A stretch of DNA of 64,000 bases, from positions 87,854,001 to 87,918,000 of the forward strand of contig OX597822.1 in the NCBI GenBank assembly GCA_951406725.2, written 5' to 3'. The DNA comes from Octopus vulgaris. Taxonomy: Eukaryota. Each line of letters starts with the position of its first letter. Position 1 is the stretch's first letter. Of the stretch, positions 1 through 12,749 are shown piece after piece. A program made the position numbers and the translations under genes. A model generated the notes under the pieces. The model did not search any database and was not told the origin of the DNA. It was given only the letters and a program-made list of their open reading frames with translations.

Positions 1-110
1 GTTGTGAAGACTGTACGCCATTTGCAGTAAAATAAGAATCGAGTTGGGCAAACCACAGCTTAGCATTGACTGCATAGGCTGGAATAGAGGTAGTAATCAT
101 CGTAAGGATG
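1..110 (-). pseudogene. Gypsy gag N-terminal remnant (DUF7041-like), running off the window start
   Basis: The minus strand reads ...IPAYAVNAKLWFAQLDSYFTANGVQSSQ, resembling the Gypsy gag motif P..FW..NP.LWFAQ.E..F...GI. A degenerate tRNA-Trp PBS-like sequence (TGGTAACCCGAC) lies upstream at ~437-448 on the minus strand. Confidence 0.55.
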
Positions 111-1128
111 CTTTTGTGACAGTGATGTGCAGCAGAAATTCACCGAAGATGAAACGATCAGAAAAAACGGGTGAGGAGGAAGAAAGGCGAACGAAACTAA
201 AAGCGAGCGTACTGCCGTTGGACTTGAATTCGAAATATAAAAAGAGATTATTGTGAAGGAGGCTGGGAACCAGGAGATCTTGGTAATGAAAAGTGAAAAT
301 TACCTTTGAAATGGTAACAAGCGGTACCAGAGATGAAAAGGAGCTGGACATCACGTGGTGTGAAGAAAAGGTAGATATGTAGCATTCCGGGTGTCAATAT
401 CAAAATTCCTTCAGATATATTTTTTCGTGTGCGTTTGTCGGGTTACCAATCTTGGATGTTGTCCAATGATACTAGTTAATCGTTCATAGACGTCGAGATG
501 CGGTGCAAAGCTGATAGAAAATGGCACCATCGGCCTTACTGGTTTATGTACTGAAGCAAAGAATTTCAGACGCTTATTTCGTTTCATAAATAATTTTATT
601 TTATGTCGGGATGCTTACACACAAAATGTTGGTGTTGTTAAAATGCAGAAAACATCTTTGAACAGAGTAACTTGGTGTATTGAATGTGCGCACACACAAA
701 ATACAGTGCAATTGTATGGATCAAACATAGCGTATCACGAAAGATGGCATGGAAACAAAACAATAGTTATATAATTAGAAGCGCCCTCAAGTGGACTAAA
801 TAAATTGTTCCAAAATTGCTGGGAACAAATTATAGTTTAAGGGTGATAATCGGAATTTGCTCCCTGATCCCAATCAAGGGAAATCACCCATTTTAAAGTT
901 ACGATTTTTTCCGTCATTGCTACACAACCTTTTGGCTAAAATCAGAGTGCAAGATTTTACTATTAAACAAAATGGGTTGAGATTTTAGGTAAGAAATGTA
1001 TCAATGGTTTCACCTACCATTTTGATTTGACGCGCAGTCTATTGATGATAGATATATTTGCCATCATTTTTGATGTCACGAAAATACTAGTACACTCACG
1101 CAACTATGGTCCTTGTAAAACACATTTG

Positions 1129-3111
1129 GGATCTTTTCGGGGATCTTTTCATTTTGAAGGCCAGATTTTTCAGATTTTTCTAGTTAACTAAATAATTTGA
1201 AACTTCGTATATTGGTAGAATGTGTCAAAAGAAAACATTAATTTCAACTAGTTTTTTTGACAAAAATGTATTTTATAAGTTTAAACGTAGTTTAAATCTG
1301 CGAATTTTAACCAATCGTATTGTCTGTTTTCATTTGAAATAATTAACTGCATAGTGTTACTGTGACGTAGACAGCTATTGTGTGAAAATTTTAAACAGCG
1401 TGGGTAAGCAGTAAGCAAACAGCTGTGGTAGATGTGGTTATCATGGCAGTGGTGGTGGTGGTGTAGTGGTGACAGTGGATGTGTATGATGGCAGCAATTA
1501 TAGTGTTGGTGTTTTTGTAGAGGTGGTGATGGTGGTGGTGGTGGCGGCAGTGGGTGATGATAGTAGTAGTGGCATTGATTATGTTAGGATGTCTCAGTGG
1601 TGGTTGTGAAGATGATTCTGATATTGATAGTCTTTGCATTGAGGTGGTGGCAGAGTCAGAGTAAATAATAAGAGCCCAGTTAACACAAGATTCTTAAATT
1701 TCGGAGATCATAAGATAGAGAGCAAGAAGTTAAAAGTTCCAATACTGGCTCAATTCCTACACCCCAGATTCTTCAACTATTTTATAAGAAAGGGGTTAAT
1801 GGCAGGATAGGGATTCAGCTTAAAAATAAATCGTATAACAAAAAATACATAAATAAATTACTGTTCCAACGATGTAATTTTAGTATGTGTGTATGTATGT
1901 GTGTGTGTGTGTATGTATGGATCAAAACAGTTTGATTCAAATTCTGTGGTACTTATATATTCATACATACATATACATGTAGATGTATATAACATATATA
2001 TATATTGTATGTAAACATCTTTTATATATATATAATGTATGCATCTATAATACACACACATTATAAATACATACACATATATGCATATGCATTAGAATAT
2101 GTGTGTATAGGTGTATATATATGCATATGTTTGTATACATGTGTGTGTAGCTATTTAGGATCTACACAAATTTTATATATACTCAACGAAGTTTGAAAGT
2201 GTTTAGTTAGAAAAAATAATTTTTTAAATCTGTAGGTCAAAAGGTAAAGATCCGGTATTTTAAATTTTTGTTGCATTTCTAATCTTTCTGATGTCTAAGG
2301 ATGGATATTTATGCGTATGAATCTTTTTCTTTTTATTTTGTTTCAAATATAATTCTAGGGAACTGAAAAAGCTGTGTACGATGCCAAGCGAATTTAGCTG
2401 TTTACGATAAGCGGATGTTTACATTTTAGCTATTTACATGTTTACGTTAACTACGTCACAAAATAGCTGTTTACGTCACAGTAACAATATTTTGAGAGGC
2501 AGTAAATGATATGAAGTCGAAAGAAAGAATACCATTGGTTAAAATTCGAATTATTAAACAACGTTAAACTTAGAAATTACAATTCCGTTTTCATTTTGGT
2601 TTACAATTATGTTTTCTTTTGACACATTCTCCCAGTATACGAAGTTTCAAATTGTCTAGTTAACTAGGAAAATCTGGCCTTCAAAATGAAAAGATCCCTT
2701 TTCGGTTTGAACGGCAGTTTTTAACATAATTTCTAGGTAACTAAAAAATTTTAAACTTCGTATACTGGTAGAATGTGTTTATAAAACATCTTTTTCTCTT
2801 GGCTTTATTGAGAAAATTCTATAGTTTGTAAGATATTTGTTGTTTTTTTCTTCAATTTCTGTAATTTCAACCAATCACTGACGTCCATTGAATTAAAAAA
2901 CATTCTGTGCCGTATGAATATGTCCCTCGTTTAAGAAACAGATTGGGTTTATTTACATTTATGAAGAAAAAAGATACCCTTCCCCCACCCCTAACTAACC
3001 CTAACCCTAAAACAGATTGAAATGCAATAGATCGTTACTAGGGTCATAATTATGGGCGACAATTTCATATGACACCGCTAGAAAAAACTGCTGTTCAAAC
3101 CGAAAAGATCC
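1129..3111. mobile_element. Merlin-like MITE (family A, ~420 bp), interrupted by a second Merlin-like element
   Basis: TIRs GGATCTTTTCGGTTTGAAC...GTTCAAACCGAAAAGATCC. Perfect 8-bp TSD CACATTTG at 1121-1128 and 3112-3119. GG termini with an 8-bp TSD fit the Merlin superfamily. Confidence 0.8.
1141..2697. mobile_element. Merlin-like non-autonomous element (family B) nested inside the left TIR of element A
   Basis: TIRs of ~95 bp (GGATCTTTTCATTTTGAAGGCCAGATTTT...). Perfect 8-bp TSD CTTTTCGG at 1133-1140 and 2698-2705. The interior holds microsatellites and a third related end at ~2185-2252. Confidence 0.8.
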
Positions 3112-4944
3112 CACATTTGCTCTATTCAAGGCGACTTGTATTCTGAATTCTTGGATAGTAGTCTTAATTTATTGCCCGGTTTAATTACCACCAACTGAGA
3201 CCTGGGTGCCTTCAGCGAAGTTTCACTCTATTGAAAGGATTCAATCCAAGCCATCAGTCAAAAGAAAACCTTCCTTCATCCCAATAGTGTTGGAAGCCTG
3301 ACAAAAATAAAGGGTTAGGAGAACTGCTCTTCCCACATTAACTAAACAGTAAAAAAAAAATTAAAATAAAAAAAAAACCCGGATATCTACCCATCAAGTT
3401 AAGGATCACTGGCTCGAGGTAAAAACGTGGGATAGGGATCTAAACAAAATATTGATGTTTAGTTGAACTTCTGATTGTTATTCATCGTTTGTGTTGATGC
3501 GTTGGCTGTCATCAGACATCTTGGTATGTCACTACAGGGTAAGTAAAGATTCGTCAAGGTAGGTGACGGAGAAGAATGTCCATAATCACATACATTATTC
3601 TAAGAACAGCAATCCTTTTAATGAACCGTCGACATAATGACACCGAGTCAAGTGCTCACACTCACGCTAATTAGCTACTTTAGAGAGTCCTTTCAATCTG
3701 GCCTGTACATTGACACCGTCTATATAATATGTAATTACGTATATATCCAGCGGTTAAAAGGGGGTGGGAATGGGAGTGGGGTGCGTACACACAAACACAT
3801 ACACAATCTACTTAGTCTTTCCTTGTCCCTCAGTCATTCAGTCAATCTCACATTCTATTCAGATTAAGTTGCCACTCATTTACAATTATTTCCACTAAAA
3901 ACATCTCTGTTAAGGGAGGAACCATCCAAACCGCTACAACGGCGGATCTAATGATATTTCAAGTGGTTTCTTTTATTGTTACTGTTCACAGCTGAGGGTC
4001 TCACCCACTATCATTCATAAACCGCACGCGCGCACACACACATACACACACACACACACACACACTCACATATGAATGCACTTATAGACTCACCCCTTTC
4101 TGTCTCCCACCTTCTTCCTTTATTGCACCACCCTCTCCTCTCTCTCTCTCTCTGAGGTCATTGAAATAATAGAAAAACTTTATTACCAACCAGACCACAA
4201 TATCCTTTGCTAAACTGCTGATTCTCGTCCTTAACAGAAACTTAATCCCTTGCAATAAATGAAACGGATTATATTTCCACACGAAATGACTGTTGACCTC
4301 TTATCATATATCCAAAACAAACAACAAACAATCAATTTACGTGACATACAAGAATTTAAAAGTACTAAATCTACCTACAGTTGATACTCATGACCAAGCT
4401 TTCTTTGTAGCTTTTGTAAAAGTATAGCTATTAAGAATCTACCTTCTTAGAGAAATAACTTGGTTATTCTGCATACAACTGTTTTATTGATGTAGTAACT
4501 ATATTTTAAATTTTGTTCAGTAATTTCCTGGATTTCATTAGCCATCATTAAAAAAAATCAACGGCTTTAATATCTTTTAATTAAGTAATCCCCGCCTTAG
4601 TGCATTTCTGTGCATAAAATAAAACATTTCGCACTCCAAAAATTAACATGATAGAACTAAACTATATAATAATTGATATGAAAATATATGTAACAGTTGG
4701 GTTATAATGTACCAGGTGAAGCAAAAAAAGCTTCTTGCATTTCACAGATTGATAAACGTTTTAGCAGCAAGTACTCGGTAGGTACCGGTTCGAACCAGAA
4801 TGATTTCAAATTTGGCACAAGGCCAGCAATTTCGGGGAGGGGTTAAGTCGATTACACCGACTCCAGTGTTCGACTGGTACTTATTTTATCGGCCCAATAG
4901 TAACAAAAAAAAAACACCGTAAAACATTAGCTACATGGATGGAT

Positions 4945-5115
4945 GGATGGATTCTATCGATCTCTTTTGCTGAACCGCTAAGTAACGGGGACGTAAACAC
5001 ACCAACATCGGGGGGGGGGGGGAAACACAGATACACAAACACACCACACACACACATATATATATACGACAGGCTTCTTTCAGTTTCCGTCTACCAAATC
5101 CACTCACAAGGCTTT
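4945..5115 (-). mobile_element. OR2-like SINE fragment
   Basis: Reverse-complement similarity to the full copy at 11163-11558. Confidence 0.6.
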
Positions 5116-5199
5116 GTAATCATATTGTTATTATCGACGGAGGGAGAGAGGGAGGGATGATAGGTAGTCTCTCATGATCCGAGAAAGACGGTTCTGCAA

Positions 5200-5450
5200 A
5201 TATTGGCTGTGAACAACCTACACAAATGGTTTATTTGTGACCATCAAATATATACGCAGTACATTAGCTCACTCCCTCCATCAAATCGGCGTTGCATGAA
5301 CAGGTGTGCAGTGTACCACACGGCAGATGTCGAAGTGATCACAGAGCAAGGTGAGATGAAGTATTTGGCTCAAGAATACAATACACCACCCGATCCAGAA
5401 ATTGAAACCACGACCTCGCGATCGTGAGTGCAACAACCTAACCACTAGGC
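5200..5450 (-). mobile_element. tRNA/CORE-type SINE, degenerate
   Basis: On the minus strand a tRNA-like head (TAGTGGTTAG...GGTTTCAATT) is followed by a CORE-like TTGAGCCAAATACTT. Similar heads occur at 9950-10055 and 55930-56040. Confidence 0.5.
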
Positions 5451-6109
5451 TAATCTACGATAATTACGCCATTATTATTTGCTTAACTTCAGTAGCGCTA
5501 CACCAATAGCCGTTTAAAATATGGCAGATTTTTTTCCCCCGTACTCTGTACAACATTATGAGGATCACTAATAAATAATTATTCGTTAATAACCATTGAG
5601 AATGTTAACGAACAATTAAACAAAGCTGGTAATTTGTCTGTCCCTTCTTAATATTTATCGTGCATTTTACCGATTATTGTTATTTTTTTTTTGCCTTCCG
5701 AGTCGCTAGAAACCTCCATGAGTCAATGAGTGATCTACGTTGTCACTCGACCAGGTGGAAATAGTAGCAAAATTTCTCTCAAAGTAACCCTGCCCTTTGA
5801 AAACCAAAATAAAAAGCAAGAACACTGTGAATAATGAGTTTTAAACATATTAGGTCTGAACAGAAGATGGGATCGTCACAGCTAGAACATCTTTGATTAT
5901 TGAAACACTTTATCAGAACCAATCTGGCACTAAACTTCAACTAAATTTTTCCATGTAGCAGAAGACTGCGGAAACTTGCCGTGTATAAGTCAATAAATTT
6001 AATTCTTCCCATTTATTTTAAGAGTTTTCATTTGGTTTCATCAAGGAGAACATCAATGTATCAATGTTATCTGTCTGCAAAAATTATGTAAGCACAACAG
6101 AAGTTGCTG

Positions 6110-6530
6110 GGATCTTTTCGGTTTGAACGGCAGTTTTTTCTAGCGGTGTCATATGAAATTGTCGCCCATAATTATGACCCTAGTAACGATCTATTGCATT
6201 TCAATCTGTTTTAGGGTTAGGGTTAGTTAGGGGTGGGGGAAGGGTATCTTTTTTCTTCATAAATGTAAAGAAACCCAATCTGTTTCTTAAACGAGGGACA
6301 TATTCACACGGCACAGAATGTTTTTTTTACCTTAATAGACGTCAGTGATTGGTTGAAATTACAGAAATTGAAGAAAAAAGCCAACAAATATCTTAAAAAC
6401 TATAGAATTTTCTTAATAAAGCCAAGAGAAAAAGATGTTTTATAGACACATTCTACCAGTATACGAAGTTAAAAATTTTTTAGTTACCTAGAAATTATGT
6501 TAAAAACTGCTGTTCAAACCGAAAAGATCC
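6110..6530. mobile_element. Merlin-like MITE family A copy, opposite orientation to the 1129 copy
   Basis: Both TIRs are present (GGATCTTTTCGGTTTGAAC...), with internal TTAGGG repeats. No TSD is recognisable. Confidence 0.8.
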
Positions 6531-7580
6531 AATATTACAAAAAATATTTTTTAAAAAACCTAAAAGAATTGAGAAAATAATATACAAAAGACACTCCCTG
6601 TAAGTTAAAGGGAATTAGGTTATCTCTCATCAAACGAACGAAGCGCTGGCATGTGAAATTTAGGGTATTTGTATAATGTAATCAGAGCAGAACAAAAATA
6701 TAAAGTTTTAAGTGGTCAATTATTATATTCAGTAGTTATCTCTCCATATGACATCTCTTTAAGCATATTTTCTCTATAAACACTGGCCCAAATAAAACCA
6801 GCTTAATTACAGTAATTAATAAATATTTTTACTTTCAAACGCACAAACTTAATAGATATAAAATGACATCCACTGACGATTTGAGAACAATGCGGGGAAA
6901 ATACAAAAATGGATTTAGGTATTCCGAATAAGCGAAACGGATATTTAAATGTATTAAATTTATTACAGATCTTTTCTTTTTAACTGCTGAACAGCATAAT
7001 TTGTTGTTGTTGTTGTTGTTTTTTAGTTAGCAATGGCTAGGAAATCACATTTTCTTATCTATTACTTACGTGAGTATCACTAGTGATCCCATGTATTTTA
7101 CATACATATCTGGATTGAAACAACATGAAAGGCCATTCAAATTCCCCTGCTTCATCAACATTACTGTATGAATTATACGTCTGTGCCAAATCACTATGAA
7201 CTGTCATCCTCCTGGTTTTCTTAATTTTCTGATATATATATATAATAATAATAATAAGAAGAAGAAGAATTATTCACGCAGTCAGCACGGCATATCACAC
7301 ATACACTGTCTATCATCAGTATATTAACTATTCACTAAATTAAGCACCGAATTAAAATAGTATTTTTTATAATGATTGGAAATCATTTAACAGCTTATAA
7401 TTGATAATTAATATCTTTTATGTAGTAGCTTGTGAATGTAGTGTTGTGAATTAAACAAACATTTAGATTAGTTCATGGATATATATATGACCTGTAAAAA
7501 ATGCCCTTTTCTCTGCAGTTTGCCAAAGAGAAAATTTTCGCTTTAACCAATAGGTATCAAAACAGTAACAATCATTTCAT

Positions 7581-8175
7581 GGCGCTGTAAGAATTAGCAC
7601 TTCCTTCTCTAAGCCTAGATTCGAAATCGAATCCAAGAATCATTACGTCGGGGTCACCAAATGTAGTGGATGTGTGTGTATGTAAACAAATACATAAACT
7701 GTTTCATGATTAAAAAGGGATTTATTTACAGGGTTATAGGTACACTACATACAAATGTAACCAAATGCTACGAATTGCTTGTATAGAATACATATTAAAA
7801 ATGAATATGTTTGTGCGTGTGCGTGTTTCATTCGAAACAGTAGTCGATAGATACTGTGAGCATTTCTCTGTCTGTCGTCTCCGCTGCGATTGTCCCTTCT
7901 CTGTTTTCCCCGTTGTATTTATAATATTTGTGACAGCTAGAAAAACAGACATATCGCAATAGAGACAATACTTATTTAGGTCAGCACTTGTCCATTTGAA
8001 CTTAGCCTGACATGGCTGAGGTCGCAGGTCAAAGGGAGATGATCAATCACTTTTTGACAGAACAAAGGGGTTCTTACTTCCGCGCCTTTAATTGCATTGG
8101 TTTGGACGACCGATGATTCTTGGATTCGATTTCGAATCTAGGCTTAGAGAAGGAAGTGCTAATTCTCACAGCGCC
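7581..8175. mobile_element. MITE with 63-bp terminal inverted repeats
   Basis: 7581-7643 (GGCGCTGTAAGAATTAGCACTTCC...AAGAATCAT) is the reverse complement of 8113-8175 with one mismatch. No clear TSD. Confidence 0.65.
7642..7749 (-). mobile_element. Candidate 88-bp mini-LTR with adjacent tRNA-Trp primer-binding site
   Basis: 7662-7749 is bounded by TGTAGTG...CACTACA and has a minus-strand AATAAA. Two nt after its 3' end on the minus strand is TGGTGACCCCGACGTAAT (17/18 to the tRNA-Trp 3' end as recalled). Confidence 0.5.
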
Positions 8176-8392
8176 TTCTGCTGGAATGATGAATGCATTT
8201 CAAGCTGTTTGACTATCATCAACATTGTGCATCACAAAAGAGATAACCCTGAAATGACTCTGAAAATCATGGTTTCCTTATAGAAAACCAGTACAATTAC
8301 GAACTGATTACTTATAGGATAGAACAAAATATGTAGTAGGCACGTGAAAGCACGTTGTGAATTAGACAAACATTTAGATCAGTTCAAATATG

Positions 8393-8815
8393 GGATCTTT
8401 TCGGTTTGAACGGCAGTTTTTAACATCATTTCTTGGTAACCAAAGAATTTTAAACTTCGTATACTGGTAGAATGTGTTTATAAAACATCTTTTTCTCTTG
8501 GATTTATTGAGAAAATTCTATAGTTTGTAAGATATTTGTTTTTTTTCTTCAATTTCTGCAATTTCAACCAATCACTGGCGTCCATTGAGATAAACAACAT
8601 TCTGTGCCGTATGAATATGTCCCTCGTTTAAGAAACAGATTGGGTTCATTTACATTTGTGAAGAAAAAAAGATACCCTACCACTACCCCTACCCCTAGCT
8701 AACCCTAACCCTAAAATAGATTGAAATACAATAGATCGATACTAAGGTCATAATTATGGGTGACAATTTCATATGACACCGCTAGAAAAAACTGCCGTTC
8801 AAACCGAAAAGATCC
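8393..8815. mobile_element. Merlin-like MITE family A copy
   Basis: Both TIRs are intact. Perfect 8-bp TSD CAAATATG at 8385-8392 and 8816-8823. Confidence 0.85.
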
Positions 8816-9766
8816 CAAATATGTTTTTCGAACATATTTGAACAGATCTAAATGTTTGTTTAATATTTTTTTTAGTTTTTGTCAGGGTAAGGAACGACTA
8901 CTTTACCATGTAATAAAGAGCCGCTGTATAGTTGCTCTACCTGATAGAAATGGTAGTCTATTTCTGGAACCACGCCGTATCACCTTAAATAGAGAACGTG
9001 ACACGTACACATAGGAAAACGTACACCCAAATACAGAATTTCCTAAACAAAGAGGGTACGATAACAGCTTGAACACCTTTGACCCGCGAATTTAGCATCA
9101 ATTATTTCATAACAGCATTGGATATTTGTCTTCCGATGAGGCCTTGCTTATCAAAACAAATATGTATGATGTCAGACTGGGATCGTAAGCATTCACAATT
9201 TTCACTAAGTAAATATTGTCATCAACTACGATACGAGAGAGAGGTCGTAGTGAGAAAGAAAGAAAAGAAAAATGAATGAATGAAAGAAAGAAAGAAAGAA
9301 AGAAAGAGAGAGGGTGATCAGATGAAGGGAATAGGATAATCTTATAGATAATGATTGAGAAAAACTGAAATAATTATGGACATAATCTGCAAGAAACTCA
9401 GTTGTTGAGTACTAATATATTCAATGTAAGTCAATGAATGAAAGTTAGAAGAGAAGAAGGAAACGTAGCCTCACTGATAAATAGTAATTAAATCGGGTAA
9501 AAGGAAAGGGGCGATAACTGGAAATTTTAGTTAAATTTGAATTAAACTTACAGTAAAGCGGACACTTAATCATTTTTATCTGATCTTTGGCAAACACGAC
9601 CGCCTCTTTGGGTGTACTTCGCTCAACAAAACGGAAATTTTATAATTTCACCGAAAACCAATTATTTCACTTTTACGCTCTTTATAGTTATAGTTGCTGG
9701 TGTATTCAAATACTTTTCAAGCATACCACATATAGGGTTAAACCCCACTTCGATCACAAATGACCA

Positions 9767-10055
9767 CATGATTGCATCCCTTCCGAGGAACAAGTCCAGG
9801 CAAGGTTGTTTGTGGAAGACCAGCTGTCGTCCATGCATACCAGTCTCCCCTCTTCACACCACTGATGTTGACCAAAAAAAAAGGCAAAAGCCAATACGGC
9901 TTAGCACCAGTGACGTCACAACTCATTTCTACAGCTGAGTGAACTGGAGCAAGTAAGATAAAGCGTCTTGCTCAAGAACCCACAACACAGTCCCGAATCG
10001 AACTCACAACCTCACAATTGTAAGCCTGACGTTCTAGCCACTGAATCATGCGCTT
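9767..10055 (-). mobile_element. tRNA/CORE-type SINE
   Basis: A minus-strand tRNA-like head with B-box (GAGTTCGATTC) is followed by a CORE-like TTGAGCAAGACGCTTT. Confidence 0.55.
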
Positions 10056-10092
10056 TCTCATACACCATATATACGTATGCATATATGCGTAT

Positions 10093-10870
10093 GCGAGCTG
10101 GCAGAAACGTTAGCACGCCGGGCGAAATGCTTAGCGGTATTTCGTCTGTCGTTACGTTCTGAGTTCGAATTCCGCCGAGGTCGACTTTGCCTTTCATCCT
10201 TTCGGGGTCGATAAATTAAGTACCAGTTACGCTCTGGGATCGATGTAATCGACTTAATACTTATGTCTGCCCTTGTTTGTCCCCTCTGTGTTTAGCCCAT
10301 TGTGGGTTATAAAGAAATAGGTATTTAGTCTGTCGTTACGTTCTGATTTCAAATTCCGCCTAGGTCGACTTTGCCTTTCATCCTTTCGGGGTCGATAAAT
10401 TAAGTATCAGTTACGCACTGGGGTCGATATAATCGACTTAATCCCTTTGTCTGTCCTTTGTTGTCCTCTCTGTGTTTAGCCCCTTACGGGTAATAAAGAA
10501 ATAGGTATTTCGTCTGCCGTTACGTTCTGAGTTCGAATTCCGCCGAGGTCGACTATGCCTTTCCTCTTTTCGGGGTCGATAAATTAAGAACCAGTTACAC
10601 ACTGGGATCGATGTAATCGACTTAATCCGTTTTTCTGTTCCTGTTTGTCCCTTCTATGTTTAGCTCCTTGTGGGTTATAAAGGAATAGGTATTTCGTCTG
10701 TCGTTACGTTCTGAGTTCAAATTCCGCCGAGGTCAACTTTGCCTTTCAGCTTTTCGGGTTCGATAAATAAAGTACTAGTTTCGCACTGGGGTCGATGTAA
10801 TCGACTTAATCCCTTTGTCTGTCCTTGATTGGCCCTCTATGTTTAGCCCCTCGTGGGTAATAAAGAAATA
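10093..10870 (+). mobile_element. Nin/Deu-domain tRNA SINE (Octopus OK-like) with its body tandemly repeated four times
   Basis: One head (GCGAGCTGGCAGAAACGTTAGC) is followed by units starting at ~10138, 10322, 10506 and 10690 (period 184). Each unit contains a B-box (GTTCRAATTCC) and the Nin-like GCCTTTCATCCTTTCGGGGTCGATAAA. Confidence 0.8.
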
Positions 10871-11162
10871 TATATGTGTATGCATAAATCAGGACTTTAC
10901 CAAATGCTACAAGTGCAATGGCCGTCTTTGTTATTACATTTATATTTTTGTTCGAGTCATAAGAATTTTGAAACTTCACGTGACATGGAATAATTCTTTT
11001 TGGAACAATGAAATTCGAAGTAGATAAAACTTCGTCTAAAAAAGTCCTCAACATTTTCTATCCGAACGGTTTTTAATCCAATCTTATTATTTATAGCTTT
11101 ATCTCCTTCGAGTTTCATCGCTCCCAAAACGAATTATATATTAGTTTATTGTTTAGTATTTA

Positions 11163-11558
11163 GGCGCAGGAGTGACTGTGTGGTAAGTAGCTTGCTTATC
11201 AACCACATCATTCCAGGTTCAGTCCCACTGCGTGGCACCTTGGGCAAGTGTCTTCTACTACAGCCTCGGGCCGATCAAAGCCTTGTGAGAGGATTTGGTA
11301 GACGGAAACTGAAGGAAACCCGTCGTATATATGTATATATATATATGTGTGTGTGTGTTTGTGTGTCTGTGTTTGTCCCCCAAGCATCGCTTAACAACCG
11401 ATGCTGGTGTGTTTACGTCCCCGTTACTTAGCGGTTCGGCAAAAGAGACCGATAGAATAAGTACTAGGCTTACAAAGAATAAGTCCCGGGGTCGATTTGC
11501 TCGACTAAAAGGCGGTGCTCCAGCATGGCCGCAGTCAAATTACTGAAACAAGTAAAAG
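11163..11558 (+). mobile_element. Full-length OR2-like tRNA/CORE SINE with internal (TA)(TG) microsatellite
   Basis: A box TGTGTGGTAAG, B box GGTTCAGTCCC, CORE-like ACCTTGGGCAAGTGTCTT, microsatellite at 11326-11370, and tail ACTGAAACAAGTAAAA. Confidence 0.8.
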
Positions 11559-11821
11559 TGTATGCAAAAGTGGAATATATTCAGTTATGCTTAGTTACTT
11601 ATTCACATTTCAACGATAATTATTATCACTGAAGATGTTACTGTCTAGCAGTTTATCATAGCACAACAATTTTAAAGTTGATATTTAAATTGGAAGCAAA
11701 AACTAACGAAAAACAACAGATACATTTATCTCCCACTACTGCCTTCTATGTTCTCAGCACCTATAAAAAATTTTCCATCGCCTTCACGGAGCAGTACCGA
11801 CCGCTTTGAGCAGCACTGATG

Positions 11822-12190
11822 ATGGAGGCGCAATGACCCAGTGGTTAGGACTCGGGGTCGGAGGATCGCGGTTTCGTTTCCCAGACCGGGTGTTGTGTGT
11901 GTTTCCTGAGCGAAAACATCTAAAGCTCCACGAGGCTCCGGCAGGGGGTGGTGGAGACCCCTGTTGTATTCTTTCGCCCCAACCTTCTCTCACTCTCTCT
12001 CTCTGTTTCTTGTCCCCGACTTCCTACGCAACCGTTGAGCCTGGATGCGCATTCATCCATCTGTCGATGCTCTCGGTGTCGGGGATTGACCTGCTTTCTC
12101 TTCTGCGGGTCTTACGAATAGCAAAGGACCACGTTTCGGACTTCTCCCACAACAGGCATGGGAAGAAGACCGCTTCGCCCAACAAACAAG
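11822..12190 (+). mobile_element. OR1-like tRNA SINE with extended 3' region
   Basis: Head GGAGGCGCAATGACCCAGTGGTTAG...GGTTTCGTTTCCC. Homologous to the copies at 33340, 52320, 53510 and 59993. Confidence 0.7.
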
Positions 12191-12749
12191 CAGCACTGTA
12201 TTGGTTATAAGTAGTGGTCACTGAGTTACAAACCATTATTACTAGATTATAAGGCAGCGGACAATATGCTTCGTGGCATTTCTTCCAACTCTACGTTCTG
12301 AGTTCGAATTCTACCGTGGTCAACTTTGTCCTTCATCCTTTCGAAGTTAATAAAATAAGTAACTATTGAGCACTGGGATCGATGTAATCGACTTGCCACT
12401 CCTTTAAAATTGCTGGCATTGTGCCAAAATTTGAAACCATTATTACTAGATTATGTCACAAAACTATTTAATCTAAAGTAAAACTCGAATTTGGGTCGTC
12501 TGCATTCCTTCAATTTAAGCAAATTAATGATACCGTAAAAATATGTAAACTGTTGTAATTGTTCAGTGTTTGACTAAAGCAATTATTTCAATACTATTGC
12601 TAAAAAACAAGCTTGTCACCTACTTTACTAGGAGCTGTTGCTCTGCTAAATATATTTAAGTCGATAAATAACACACACACATGTACTCACCCCCACTCAC
12701 GCGAATATTTACTATTATATATAAACCTAATAGGTTCATATATACTAGC

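Noticed and set aside
10138-10870. Regularly spaced repeats resembling a CRISPR array
   Set aside because: The whole 184-bp unit repeats with no unique spacers. It is a eukaryotic SINE and no cas genes are present.
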